The notes: generated by a model not told the origin, from the sequence alone. 63,997 bases of DNA, filler included, from Stramenopiles sp. TOSAG23-6 (GCA_900128565.1; 7 parts of 7 records of this genome joined end to end with filler, not necessarily neighbours in it); one strand, 5' to 3'. Positions 22,559 through 35,860 are shown, counted from the whole stretch's first letter. Translations and numbers: made by a program.

Positions 22559-25500
22559 ATGGACAGAAATTGTGGTGGTAGCTCTGATGCTATCACCACA
22601 GACAATGTGACCAATGATATTAAGAGTATTTCATCAGTGTTATCACAGACAAAACAGAAGAGTCGAAAATCATATGCATCGAAGAATCTAAATAGTCTGT
22701 TAAAACCTGCCCAAAAGCAAAATAAGAGAAGACTAGGAGGATTGGCCAAACTAAGCTCCGTGGCATCGGCGCCAGCTACTGCAACAGTCACTAAAAAGAA
22801 ATCGAAACCATCTGCAGCACTTAGGCAACCAATATACGACCCGACGGCTAAAAATTATTCAAAAAGTGAATTTTCAGCAGCACCAAAACCTTTCAACACT
22901 AAAAGTCTCAAACTAGAAAATTTTGGTCAGGATGCGTCAGTCGCCATTGTCCCCGCCGGTGGGAAAGGTTGGGGCACAACTCCTCCTTCTAATGATAATG
23001 ATTCTACTGCAGATTCTAAACCAAAAGAAAACGTAGTGAAAATGTCAACACACGGTTGGAATGTAAGTAAGAACAATCTAACAAATGAAGAAAAAAACGA
23101 AAACCCTAATGATGACGAATCCACAAGTAAAAAAAATCAACCCACTTGGGCACCGGAAACAAATACATCTAGTAGAATGAATGATGTGTCATCTACAACT
23201 CATCAGCAAGAGAGGAATAATATCTATGATCGAAATTCTTCATATGAACGTCGTGATCGAAATTCTTCTTTTGATCGTCATGATCGAAATTCTTCATATG
23301 AACGTCGTGATAGCCGCGACCAAACTTATTCAACTAAACAAAACATATGTTATACTGATAGAGAATTAGAAGATGAAAGAGAAAGGGAACGTGAGAGAGA
23401 ACGTCAAGAGGAACGCCGCCAAATGATTACAACTGAAAGTCCCAACACATCATCTGATCGTGTAGCATCATCTGATCATGCCGAAGTGTCTCTTGATGAA
23501 CTTGATGTGGAAGATACAATGAACAATCAACTCAATAATTCTAAAAGTTCTAATGAAAATGAAGACAACTCTGAAGATGATTCAATGGCATCTATGATGC
23601 GTCGTAAAGCAGCTGCAGCTGTTGCTAGACGGAAGGAACGCGAACGAGAATTTGATCTGTCAAGAAATCGGGCAACAGAAAAATTGAGAGTTTTAGAAGA
23701 CCAATTAAATAATGAACGAAATTCCAAATTGGTTTCCCCTTGGACAAATAATGAAAGTAAACATGCACAGCATTCAAGATCTGTAAATTTTGTTGATTTA
23801 CAAAATGAAGAAGCTTTCGCATTGTCAGAATTAAAAAAACGCGAAAAAATTCTCCAAGATGAAGTTGAGTCAGAAATATCTAGAGTAGAACAAACCTGTT
23901 CAAATTTAAATTCAAATCCAAATTCAAATGTAGATGATTCAAATGGTGTAGTTTTTCATACATTAACACATAACAAAAATTCTCAAAATATTCAACAAAA
24001 AAGTGTTTCACAAAAGTCACAAAAATATCCGATTCCAGTGGCTAGGCGTTCAAAGTTAAGAAATGAACCAAACAGACAACAAAATACGTCTGAAACGTCT
24101 GAACAAATTGAACAAATTGAAAAAATTGTAGTAAAACCAAAAAGAGGATGTACGTTTTCACAATTTCAAATTTCACAATTTCAAATTTAATTTTTTTTAT
24201 TTTTTTTTTTTTGGTAAAAAAATTTTGTACCTAACAATTTTTTTTTTTGGTAAAAAAAATTTTCAAATATTTTTCCAAAATAAATGGAGTTTAGATTGTG
24301 ATCGATCTGGGCGACCTCTTGATAAAACACAATTAAATAGTGTTTTGCCACTTTCTAGATTATCTCGTGATAATTTACAACATGAAATCAAACCTACACA
24401 AAAACCCAGAAAACGACAATTGTTTGACCCTAAAAGTGGAAAGATGGTTGATATAAAAAAATCAAAACCAAAAACACGAAATAACTCGAGAAAGAATACA
24501 AAACCAAATCGAAGACAAAATTCTCAAAATTCTCAAAAACACAAAAAAAACAATACAAATAAAAATAATAAAAACAATAAAAACAATAAAAATAATACAA
24601 ATAAAAATAATACAAATAAAAATAATACAAATAAAAATAATACAAATAAAAACCCTAACCCTAACACCTCTCCAAACGCAAAGTTGGATAAAGAAGAATT
24701 TCAAAAAAGAGCAGAGAAAAATGATAAAAATAACCCTAACCCTAAAAAAAGACGTGAACATGTGAAAAATAGTTTAGCTGGTCGACGTCGATTGAATAAG
24801 AAAACTTCACCAACACACAAAAATAACCCTAACCCTAGGGTTAACCCTAGGGTTAACCCTACTCATGACGAGAAAAAGTCTAAAAAAACACGAAATCGAC
24901 ATCAAAAAAACAGTAATAAAAGTACAAAGAATGCAAAACACTCTAAAAAACATGAAATGAATAAATTGGACAAAAATAGGATGTTTTCAAGTGGACAGGT
25001 ACAATCGTCAAATCATGTTGTATCGACTGGAACGAAAAATCATGAAATGTTTAAGACAAACCCTAACCCTTCAAACCCTTCACACACGAAAAATAATAAA
25101 ATTTCAAAAAATGAAAAAAATGAAAATTTTAATCAAAATGACACGTGGCTTCCAACACACAATGCAGTACATCAATTAGATGATTCTTTATTATCCTCAA
25201 TGGCAACGTGGGCAGCAACAAGTGATACAAAAACTTTACCTCATACAACACGAAATAATGAGTTATCTAACTCAAATCAAAAATTTGAAGTTCAAAATTT
25301 TCAAAATCATCAAAAGTTTTCAAAAAATAAGATTGGCAATATTGGAATTGGGTTGAATAGTTTAACAGGTACAACTACATGGTGTAACCCTAACCCTACA
25401 CATTCATCTGGAGCTCAATCTGGTTTTTCTGGGTTAGGGTTAGGGTCAGGTTTTTCTGGATTTTCTGTGCCAACTGCTGTTGGAAATGCATTTTCAACAA

Positions 25501-25775
25501 CGCCAATCGAAGAACAAATTCAAAAATTCAAATTAAATCCGAATTCTACCTCATCTGTACAAAATAGCGTTGTCGTTGATCCATCCGATGTTACTCTTGT
25601 TGATTTTGGTACAAATTCATCTGGTGTGTCAAGTACCGGGTATCGTACTCGTCGGCCTCGTAGAGATGAAAGAAGTCGGAGATTATTCGAAACAAAACCA
25701 ATTGACACAATACAAGCAACACCATCAGTACCAAATCAAACTTCAAACAAAGAGAGCGATGCATTAGAAAAATGA
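22559..25775 (+). CDS. BAT2/PRRC2 N-terminal-domain low-complexity protein (exons 22559-24149, 24286-25775)
   Basis: PKPFNTKSLKLENFGQDASVAIVPAGGKGWG resembles BAT2_N. Confidence 0.7.
24150..24285 (+). mobile_element. Introner-family intron, GT-AT
   Basis: gga t|GTACGT...CCAAAATAAAT|gg joins two long ORFs (RG-W-SLD); the intron contains no AG. Confidence 0.85.
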
Positions 25776-27097
25776 ATACAACTGATAATGATGTCATTTT
25801 TTACTATGTACTAAACATTGAAATGAAACATTGAAATGAAACATTGAATTGAATTTGTTACGAAATTTCATACAAAAAAAAAATTGAACTGAATTTGTAC
25901 ATATCTATACAAGGGTTAGGGTTTATCTGGTCATTGTAGGCGATATGGTGTTTATGTAATACATATATTGCATGTATTTAATAATTAGGTTTTTTCAAGG
26001 TTTTTGTACTCAAAATTTGTATTTGTCTTTTTGTTAACTGAGTTGTAACTTGTAATAAATAAAGTTTCAAAATACACAATGCAAAATTGTAATTCAGCAC
26101 AAAAAAAATCGTTAGGTACAACATTTGGCACGAAAAAACATTCTTAACATAAATTGAATAAACAAAAACTTGAAATTGAAAATAAAAATTTCGAGACAAT
26201 TCATTTTTAACATTACATTCAAACAATAAATTTGAAATTGAAATGATATAATATATTATATATATATATAATGTATATAATGTGTTTTATATGTTTTATA
26301 TGAATTGGGCTATTGCTAACCCAAACGATAATCTTGATGATGTAATTTATTTTCATGGACATTTAAAAAAAAAAAAATTTTTTCAAGAAAATTTTCAAAA
26401 ATTTTCAAAAATTTAAAAAAATTTTAAAAAATTTTAAAAAATGAAAATTAAATCAATATTTTTGTTTTTACATTTTCACACAATAGGTACAAAAACCATT
26501 TTGGGCTTGGTGGTAACGCTATTGGGCTAAGGCTATAAAACATCTTCTTACAAAATGTTGTGAGAATACTAGCTAGGGTTAGGGTTTGCTAGACTCTGAT
26601 GAGATTCTCACTAGGGTTAGGGTTATATGTACAGTCAACAACACATATTTTTATATATTATATGACGTCATTGGGATACAATACTTTTTGTATATATCCC
26701 ATTATAATATATCATTAGAGTTGAAAATACCGAAATATAAATATTCAAAGAAATGTAAAACATTTTGATGATTTGAAGTATTGAAAACCCTAACCCTAAA
26801 AATTTAAATAAAATTCAGTGGTCAAAATATCATTTTTTTTATTAGGTACGAAAAAATGGTACAATCTGCTGTTGATATTTCGTGTGTCCGTCAAATGAAC
26901 TGTGTTTCTCTTGTCACTTTCTCCTTGCTCAAATCTTACTACGCTTCTACATGTTTAGTCGACAAATTATCATCGAGAGGTTGTGTACATTTTAACTACA
27001 AGATAGATACATTTATACATACATCTTTATCCATTCATCAATAGTATAGCTCATAGCAGTTCAATCATATNGTTTTTTATTATTCTTTACAAAGCTA

Positions 27098-28094
27098 ATG
27101 ACGACATACAAAGAAAAAACGTCTTCTCCCGTGCTTGATGCCATGGTTCGCTTTCTTTCTTCTGGCGTAGCTGCAACCTTTTCTGAAATAGCAACATTAC
27201 CCATCGATATCACAAAAGTCCGTTTACAAACACAAGGTATAATGCAATGTGGTAATCTAAAATATACAGGTCAGATGCAATGTGCAACAACTATCGCAGC
27301 GGAGGAAGGGTGGACATCACTGTGGAAAGGTGCGGCTCCCGCAGTGATGCGCCAATTCAGCTACACTGGTTTATCACTCATGTTTTATGAACCAATTCGT
27401 GATTTTATTGGTGGTGGTGAGAGTATACACACGTTACCATTCTGGAAGCGTGTTTTAGCTGGTGGGGTTGCAGGTGGCACGAGTATTTACCTCGTCAACC
27501 CAACCGATGTACGTTTTATTATTTTTTTTGGTTTTTNGAAAAAAAAAAAAAAAAAANCGAAATTTTTTTTTTCGTACGAAATTTTGTACCTAACAAATTT
27601 TCAAAAAAAAAAAAAATTTTAATATTTTTCAAAAATACATGTCATCAAAGCAAGAATGCAAAATTCACCAGTACAACTTAACATTATTCAAACTGTAAAG
27701 GAAGTATTTGCTCGTGATGGTATCAAAGGATTCTGGGCAGGTTCATCACCAAATGTAGCGCGATGTTTCATTGGTAATGCATGTGAATTAGGTTGTTATG
27801 ATCAATTTAAAACAATGTAGGTAACCCTAACCCTAATTTGATATTTTTTGAACCCTAACCCAAAGTACTTTTTCCAAAACAAATTTTTCTAACAAAATAA
27901 AAAATTTCAAAAAAAATATTTGTTCACAATGTATGGCACATCTACATTTGGGTATGTCCACAACCAGTGTAAATACGCATTTTATCGCCTCTTCTGGGGC
28001 AGGGTTTGTGTCTGCTATTTTCAGCACACCTGTTGATGTCATAAAAACAAGACTCATGGCTCAAGCTGGTACAAAAAATCAAGCATATAATGGT
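27098..28094 (+). CDS. Mitochondrial carrier, UCP-like (exons 27098-27508, 27641-27816, 27935-28094; 3' end lost at gap)
   Basis: Three PxDxxK signatures: PIDITKVRLQ, PTD-VIKARMQ, PVDVIKTRLM. Confidence 0.93.
27509..27640 (+). mobile_element. Introner-family intron, GT-AT
   Basis: gat|GTACGT...AAAATACAT|gtc restores NPTDVIKARMQ exactly. Confidence 0.92.
27817..27934 (+). mobile_element. Diverged GT-AT intron containing CCCTAA repeats
   Basis: aca at|GTAGGT...TTCTAAC...CACAATGTAT|g gca restores YDQFKTMAH..THFIASSGAG. Confidence 0.8.
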
Positions 28095-28109
28095 GTATGT
28101 TTATACTTG

Positions 28110-28145
<36 letters not shown>

Positions 28146-28173
28146 TTTTTAAATTTTTTTTTTCACAATTTTT
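28095..28173 (+). mobile_element. Probable family intron truncated by the contig end
   Basis: ggt|GTATGTTT followed by A/T tracts. Confidence 0.55.
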
Positions 28174-28273
28174 NNNNNNNNNNNNNNNNNNNNNNNNNNN
28201 NNNNNNNNNNNNNNNNNTTAATTAATTAANNNNNNNNNNNNNNNNNNNNNNNNNNNNNNNNNNNNNNNNNNNN
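28174..28273. other. Artificial contig linker
   Basis: N44-TTAATTAATTAA-N44. Confidence 0.98.
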
Positions 28274-28349
28274 CTTAAATTTGTTAGGTACAAAATTTAC
28301 TATAAAAAAATAAATTCGATTTTTTTGTTAAAAAAAAAATAAAACATAC
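28274..28349 (-). mobile_element. Introner-family intron truncated by the contig end
   Basis: at|GTATGTTTT...AAATTTTGTACCTAAC. Confidence 0.8.
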
Positions 28350-29638
28350 ATAGTGTTACAGATATTCCTACGCATTTCTTTCGATAATAGAGTTGATGCT
28401 TCTACTAACTTATTATGCGCTATATCTTCACTAAGTGATATCTGATTATTTATTATGTTTAGTTTTTCTTCATCCGTCATTAATGGATATGAAAGTCTTT
28501 GGCGTTGGCGATCTTGTTTTTCTTTAAGTTTTCTCTCATGATTTTTTTTCTTCTTTATCATTACACGTTGTTGCTCTAATTTTCGTTCTTGTTTCGAAAG
28601 TTTAGAAATACGCTTCTTTTCTAATTTTTTAAAATTACCCATTAAACCAATACCAAGCGGATCACCACCCAAATCACGTATAAACTTTCCTTCAGAGACT
28701 CTTTTCGCTCGACTTTGTTGTAACAAAGTTGTGCTTCGTAAGTCAATTAGTTCAGAATTGTATGGTTTCTTTATCAACTGGCTATATTTTCTATACTTTT
28801 GTTTTGATGTACGAGATTGGGGACCCTTTGGTTTCATAAAGTCGTGTTTTTGCTTTTGTTTTCCTGGTAATGATGAACCTTTTGTTATTTCCAGATTTGT
28901 TGAGGACGTTGAGTCATCTTTTCCTAGAATACTATTTAACTCTTCTCTCCAAGACTTTAACAAATGAAGAGAGTCTTGTGTACATTTTACTTGTTGTGCA
29001 TCAATTTGCCTTAAACGCTGATTATTACTTATGCGACGTATTTTTGTTTTCATTTTTACTTTTGAATCTAATGCTCTTACTTTACTTTGAAACTTCGCAC
29101 GTTGAGCGCGTTCGTCACTGTCATTGACAGGAGATAATAAAACTTGAGTTGTACTCTCCTGGCATTTAACCAAAGTTTCTTTAACTAGTTCATTTGCTAA
29201 TCGATATCGCATTATATCAGGGTCTTCGCGTACTATTACTTTTGGCTTTGTACCAAATACACTAACTTTTCGAAACTCTGCTAACCTATCTGGTGAAGGA
29301 TAAGCGGGTTCGAAGACACCACCTCCAGGATCTTCGAGATATATTGGTGGAACTCGCCAGGGTATACGACTTGTTGCTGGATGTATACTATCTAATGGAG
29401 AACCCATGATTGAGGCAGAATGTACAGCTGTAATTGCATAGTTTACACGTTTGGATGTTGATATCTGTGACGAACTTTCTTCATCACTTGAGAAAGAAGA
29501 AGAAAACCCGTCCCTTTCATTTTTTTCAGCTGCAGCTGCAGCCGCTACTGCCCCCCCAGGTCTAGGTCTAATCCGTGATGTAGGTCGCGGCATCACTGGG
29601 CGATTCCGCATACTGCGAGGTCGAAGTTTTAGTAGCAT
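28350..29638 (-). CDS. Hypothetical basic coiled-coil protein (first exon)
   Basis: Long ORF ending at a family donor. Confidence 0.6.
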
Positions 29639-29789
29639 CGACAGTTACAACAGTTACGCTCTTTTGACCTGTCAAAATCGTCAAAATCAATAAGACCGTA
29701 AACAAGACATTATAATATATTACTCTTATACAAATCGTGTTGTATCTAGTCACAACTACTACCAGCAATCGAGTCGAATACATTCCCCA

Positions 29790-32700
29790 ATGTCAAAGCT
29801 GGATCATCGAGCTTACTATGGTCCAAAAATCTCATCTGGGGAGAAAAACTGCGAGACGTTTGGTAGTTGGTATGCTAGAATAGACCCAGACAATCCTGGG
29901 CAAGTTTACTACGAGGATTCTATTACAATGGAGTCACGCTGGGATTTCCCGACTGGTTGGGGTAGCCCGAATCATGCGGATGTCAAATGGTTGGAGTGCG
30001 GTGTGTGTGATATTAGTGGTGTATGTTGGTGGATTAGATCTTTGCCTGGTGATAAAATTTGTTATGAAAACTCTAAAGGCGATGAAGCCAAGGAAGTATC
30101 ACCAGAAGGTCAGCTTGTTGTTTTGATTGACACTTCCAAGGATACGGTTGATGAACATGGCAATTTAGTTCCCGGAGAGATGACCTTCAAAATGCGGAAG
30201 AAATATCAGCAATTAATCAAGGATAAAATGAGTCTTGAAGAAATGCGAAGAAAAATGACGATTGAAGGAATCTCAGTAGCTCAGCAAGATGTGTTTTTTG
30301 GAGTAAAAAACGCCCAACTTGAAGAAGCAAAGCGTTTAGCGTTAGAAGAAAAGAAAAAAAGTAAACGTCAAACTCCAGTTGAACAAAATTCAGATGGAGA
30401 AATAAAATGTAAAATTGAAAAAAAGAAAACGAAAAATTTGTTGGAGGACACAGTGAATGGTGACTGGATCGCATATTACGATAGTTCGCCTTCGCATAAA
30501 TGTATGTATTACTTTAATGTAATAACTTTAACGTCTTCTTGGAAGAAACCTGAGAACTTTGCGCGCGTTAAAGATGCTGATAAAATACTTACAGCTTGTT
30601 ATATGATGCAATATCGTTGGCGAATGAAAGTAGGTTTAAAAGTTGCTGAAGAAGCCGTTAGTGGTGTCCCTGGTCGTCGCTCAAAGTGTCGAAAGTGTGA
30701 TAAAATTTTGAGTATCCCCCGAGGAGTTTCCTTCTACAAATGTCCTTGTAATGTAACAATGCGTGCAAAATACCTTTCAAAAGATGAAAAGTATGCAGAA
30801 GAAAGAGTGTATAAGCAGTATTTAGATTTACTCGCTAAAAAACAGGTAGATGCGGAAGAGAAAGCTCGGTTAAAAGAGGAAGATAGATTAAGGCGAGAGC
30901 AAGAGAAGGAGGCTGCAAGACAGATAGTTTTGGAGGAAGAGAGAAAAAAGGAAGAGGAAAGGAAAAAAATGAATATTTTTGATATCACTGCAGGAAACAG
31001 TTTTGAAACAGCAGTAGGCAATATATTTTCAGCAGCGGATGCCGACAATGATGGACAGTTAACACAATCCGAATTGAAAGTTGTATTTGAGACACAGACC
31101 AAAGAATTCGATGATTTCAAGAAATGGTTAAGTAAGACACAAGATGGTATTGATGCTGGTGGGCTTTTTAAATGGCTTGACTCTGATGGAAATGGTTACA
31201 TTGAACGTGGAGAATTTATCTTTGCATTGACTGCTGAGATGAAGCTTCGTGCTTTGTTCGTTGGTCTTGCTGATAAGAATGGTGAAACTACAGGGAAAAA
31301 AATTCTATCGAAATTAAAAGATCTTACATTTTGTCGAGAGCTGAAACGCCGAAGTGGAATGGATATTCTTCAATGCATGAAAAAGAATCCTAGAAGTAAG
31401 TTTAATGTTCGCTCTATTTGTAGAACATTTTCAAAACCGGCTTCGGTGTCGGCTCGTGCTGCAATGGAAAAAGAAGAAAAAGAAGATGCAGAGAGGCAAG
31501 CTAAAGAAAAACAAATTACATTAGATCCGGAAAAGTTGGAAAAAGAAAGATACGAGAGAATTTTTGATGAAGTTGTAGAAGTAGACCAAACAGTCCGCAT
31601 TCCAGGTATTGGAAAGATCAAAACAGATGATGACGCATCCTTTGATGTAGCGGCAAATAAGGCCGACAAAACGCTCGATTCTGACTTTGTAGCAAGGAAG
31701 CTGATTGAATTAAAAATGGATTGGCTCAAAGTAACATTGAAAGGCGCCATTGATCTTCCTAGTACAGATAAATATGGGAAGTTATGGCCGATTTTAGATC
31801 TGTATGTTGTCATGGTTGTATGTGAACGTGGAAGTGAAGTAGGGAAAGATGGGAAAATACTTACGGCAAAAGAACTTCGCGTTACTGCTACAATTGATAG
31901 GGCTCGTGCATCATCACGTTGCAAGTTAACTCTGGATCCAGAATGGAATGAAACATTCTTTTTTCGTGTCGATGAACCTGAAGGAATGGGTGGAACATTG
32001 AAACATCCTGTGTTACATGTGGCTGTCGTTGACTACAATGAAGACACTGATCATGAATTAGTTGCATCTTGTATGATCAAAATGCGGAAACTAAAGTCTT
32101 CTGATGGTGCCAAAGAATATACCTTAGGGCGTTTGAGTCAAAAAGATGGTGAACACGAAGAAGATGCCGGTGCAATTACTTTAGAATGGGAACGTTGCTA
32201 TCATCAGAGTATTTCTATGGAAGAATTGGCTGATATAACAGCCGTTGATAAAAATCATGCAATGAATCTACATATAGAGACAAGAGTGGATACTTCTTGT
32301 GGTCAGGCGTTTACTCGTGATCATTTCCTTGAGTTTTATGGAAATGAAGAAACATGGCTACAATCTGAGTTATCGGTTGAATCAAAGGCAGTGTATGCTG
32401 CTCGAGATGCAGCAATTGTCGCATACAAAACATTAGGTAGTGTGATGACACTTCAAGCTGCGATCGTAGCTCAGTCTGCATTGAAAACTGCGGCCTGGGC
32501 AGTAGGAAAGGCGCGTCGAATATTGATGGAAATAGACTCAGATTTAAAGGTAATTAAAATTCTTGGTAGTAAACAGAAAAGTTTTACGGAAAAATTGTTG
32601 GATCAGAAACATAAACTTGACACAGCAATTCGTAACGCCGAAATTGAAGCACAGGAAAGAGTCGATGCAATGGTTGCTGAAATGCAGGCGAAGCTAGATG

Positions 32701-35700
32701 CAGAAGAAGTAGAGAAGGAGCAGGATGCTATGAGGCGTTTCGCTGTTGCACAAGTTGCATCATCACTTCGTCGGAAATTACCTGCACTACGAGAGGAAAT
32801 GTTGCATAAAAGTATGTCAATTGAAGCGGCATCTTTTATCCAGGCAATGTGGCGCCGAGCTCAGTGGAATAAAAATATATCAAAGTTAAAAGATGCTATA
32901 CGTAGAAAAGAAATTGAAGCTGCTGCAGCCGAGAGAAAGCGTATAAAAGAAGAAGAAAGACAGAAGCAGTGGGAACTTGATCACCCAACATTAGACCAAC
33001 TTATTATGTCCCTCGAACGTGGTGGAGGTCATCATTGGATGCCTTGGGAAGAGTGCCTCCCAAAATGGCTTGCAGATATGAGCAAAGAGAAACAAAAAGC
33101 AATAAAAAGCCAAGTTGCAAACTATGCAGTTGACTTTGGTAGAAACTCTGGGATGCGTCCTTTTAAAGAAACAGGGAAGGATTTTGATCTATCTGGATCA
33201 CAGATTCGCGAATTACGAATGCATTTAGAAGCAGCAAATTATGTAAAAGAAGTATCAGATAAATTATGGCTGGCACTGGCAGCTGTTTTAGACACAGACA
33301 ACGGTCTTGAAATGTTAGGCCGTTTGCACGTGGAACTACAGGCAAGTTTATTAGTATTTGATTTATGCAAGGAGGAAGATGCTGACGATATTGAAGAATA
33401 TTGGAATCTAAAACAAGGCATACTCAAAGCTCAAAACACGTGGGATGGTTTAAAGGAGCTCCGACCAAAGACTCCGCCACACGGTGTCAAAATTACTATC
33501 GTACGAGCAGAAGATTTATTTAATCTGGAGATGCGTACTGGCTATGATGATGTCGAAAACAAAAGTGATCCTTTTATCATTGTACGTAGAATAACAAGAG
33601 AAAATATAGAAATTGGTCAACTGAATGCAGGCGAGGAAATATTTCGTACAGAGACAATTCAAGATAATCTAAATCCGGATTGGAACAGTTCATTTCTACT
33701 ACCAGTAAAATCTGATCAAATGGGTGTATGTACTAGCAAAGTTGGTCTTAGTTTTGAAGTATGGGACGATGATAAAGACGACCTTGGACTAGATTTACAT
33801 GCTGGACAAAAAGCGAGGAAGTTCATGGGATGGGCGTTTCTCCAACCTTGTCATAATAGAACTTGTTTACAAGGTGATACTTTTACCACAACACTTTTTC
33901 TTCAAAGTTATGATTACTTCGTTGAACATCGAGAAGAAACTACCGATGCTGGTCTTGGTAGTATCACAATAAATGTATCAGTTGGTTCACCAATCCGCTC
34001 GAAATCAAACGAAGAAGACAATGAAGCGGGGGAGTCTAATACTTTGGAACGTTTTGGTATTCAAGTAAAACTGAAGAAGTTAAAGCCACTTGAAAATGAA
34101 ATCACGTCCTTATGCAAAGATAACGCTAAACTAACAGCTTTATGGAATGAGATTGATGATGATCACAATGGTCGTATAACATTTCGAGAGTTGGAAAAAT
34201 TCATACAAAATCGTTGGAATGAAATGACGAGTAGAACAGCTATGCGTCGGGCATTTTATAAAACAATGAAATCTACTTTAGGAGATAATGAGAAAGAAGG
34301 ATCAATAGAACTAGATGTTCATTCTCATTCTATCAAGCGCAAACAATTTCGAACTTTATTGCGAAATATTTTCTTTTTTACACAAGCATTTTTTATATTT
34401 GAGAAAATTGAAGATACTGATTACAATGAGGTGAACGAGGAGGATGATAAAGATAGACTCGATCGTAGAGAGTTTAGCCGTGGTCTACAAATGCTAGGTC
34501 TATCATTGTCAGACCAACGTATAGAAGAAGAATTTAATGCTTGTGATAGTGATAATGAGGGTAGTATATCATTTGAAGAATTTAGTTCTTGGTTAGCTGA
34601 GCATATAGTACCCACACCTGTAGATGAAGAAATTATTCAATTTGAGAAAATGAAACAGGCAGCAGCGGAATCCGTTGCTAATCTTATGGATGCAAAGGCA
34701 ACAGTAGTTGTTCATTCCGAAGGCGTTTCAGCCGAGGAACTGGTAGAATTAGATTATAAACGTACACACGAACGCCATAAAGTAAGACATCAAGCATTAT
34801 CTGAGTGGAAAGAAATGTACCCACGTGCGCAACCTCTAGAAAGAGTAGCTTCCATGTACGTTTTTATCATCAATTTCCAAATTTATTTGTTTCATACGAA
34901 ATTTTGTACCTAATGAATTAGAAAAAAAATATTTTTTTACATTACATATATCAAGATCGGGAATATGATGACCCTGCATTGAATCCATTTTATGTAAAAC
35001 CGGAAATGCCTGAGGCTATATATATGGATGCAGCAACAGCACAGACGCTAGTACAACTAAAAAAACAGGATAATATATGGAAGAAACGAAAACGCATTGC
35101 TACTCGAAATGGAGGTAGAGGTGAAAAAGTAGGTGATCGTGGGTTTGGAGGAGCAATGCATGTACGTTTTATATGAATTTCTAATTTAATGTTTTTTTCA
35201 TACGAAATTTCGTACCTAATGATTTTTTTTTGAAATATTTTGTCAATATTCATGGTCTACGAGGACCGACAGCAGTTATGACTGTACATGGACTTCGTGG
35301 ATCAAAGGGGAGGCTACCTGCTCCAGTTACGTACCAAATATCTAACGATCCTCTTCTAGGTGGTAGAGAGTTGAAAAAGAAATCTGAGAAACGACGAAAA
35401 CAACAGCTCAAGTTTGAGAAACGATTAGAGTCACTCGGTAAGAAACTTGGTATGTTTTCATCATTAAATTTAAATTTATTTTTTTTCCTACGAAATTTTG
35501 TACCTAACAAATTTCGAATTTATTTTTTACAATACATGTGTTGGAGGAAATTCAATTGCATCAGCCCGTAAAAGAAAACAAAACCTAGAAGCAATGAAAG
35601 CAAAGCAGATTTCTCTTGATTTAAAACTCAAGCAAAAGCTAGAAATGGCAAATAAAAGGAGACAGTCACTAATGGAAAACCGTGTCAAGAAAATTAAGAA

Positions 35701-35764
35701 AAAGAAAAAACAAATAAATAATGGAAGAAATAATCGTACACAAGATAACGAAATTTCTAAATAA
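29790..35764 (+). CDS. Large WW / EF-hand / C2 / IQ calcium-signalling protein (exons 29790-34855, 34948-35161, 35254-35449, 35538-35764)
   Basis: WW (YYEDSITMESRWDFP, YYFNVITLTSSWKKP), EF-hands (DADNDGQLTQSE, DSDGNGYIERGE, DSDNEGSISFEE), two C2 domains (LDPEWNETFFF, LNPDWNSSF). Confidence 0.85.
34856..34947 (+). mobile_element. Introner-family intron, GT-AT
   Basis: at|GTACGT...CATTACAT|a tat caa, in frame. Confidence 0.75.
35162..35253 (+). mobile_element. Introner-family intron, GT-AT
   Basis: cat|GTACGT...AATATTCAT|ggt; the intron contains no AG. Confidence 0.8.
35450..35537 (+). mobile_element. Introner-family intron, GT-AT
   Basis: ctt g|GTATGT...ACAATACAT|gt; upstream exon ends in TG. 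Confidence 0.8.
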
Positions 35765-35860
35765 ATTATCAATCACAAAAATTATTGTAAATAGGTCAAC
35801 AAAGTTAAATAACTGTTATATTTATGTATATGGTATATACCACTTTACTTATAATATGTT

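Noticed and set aside
27817-27820. Stop-codon reassignment as the explanation for broken ORFs
   Set aside because: Intronless genes end normally at TAA, TAG or TGA, and the interruptions coincide with the repeat and change frame
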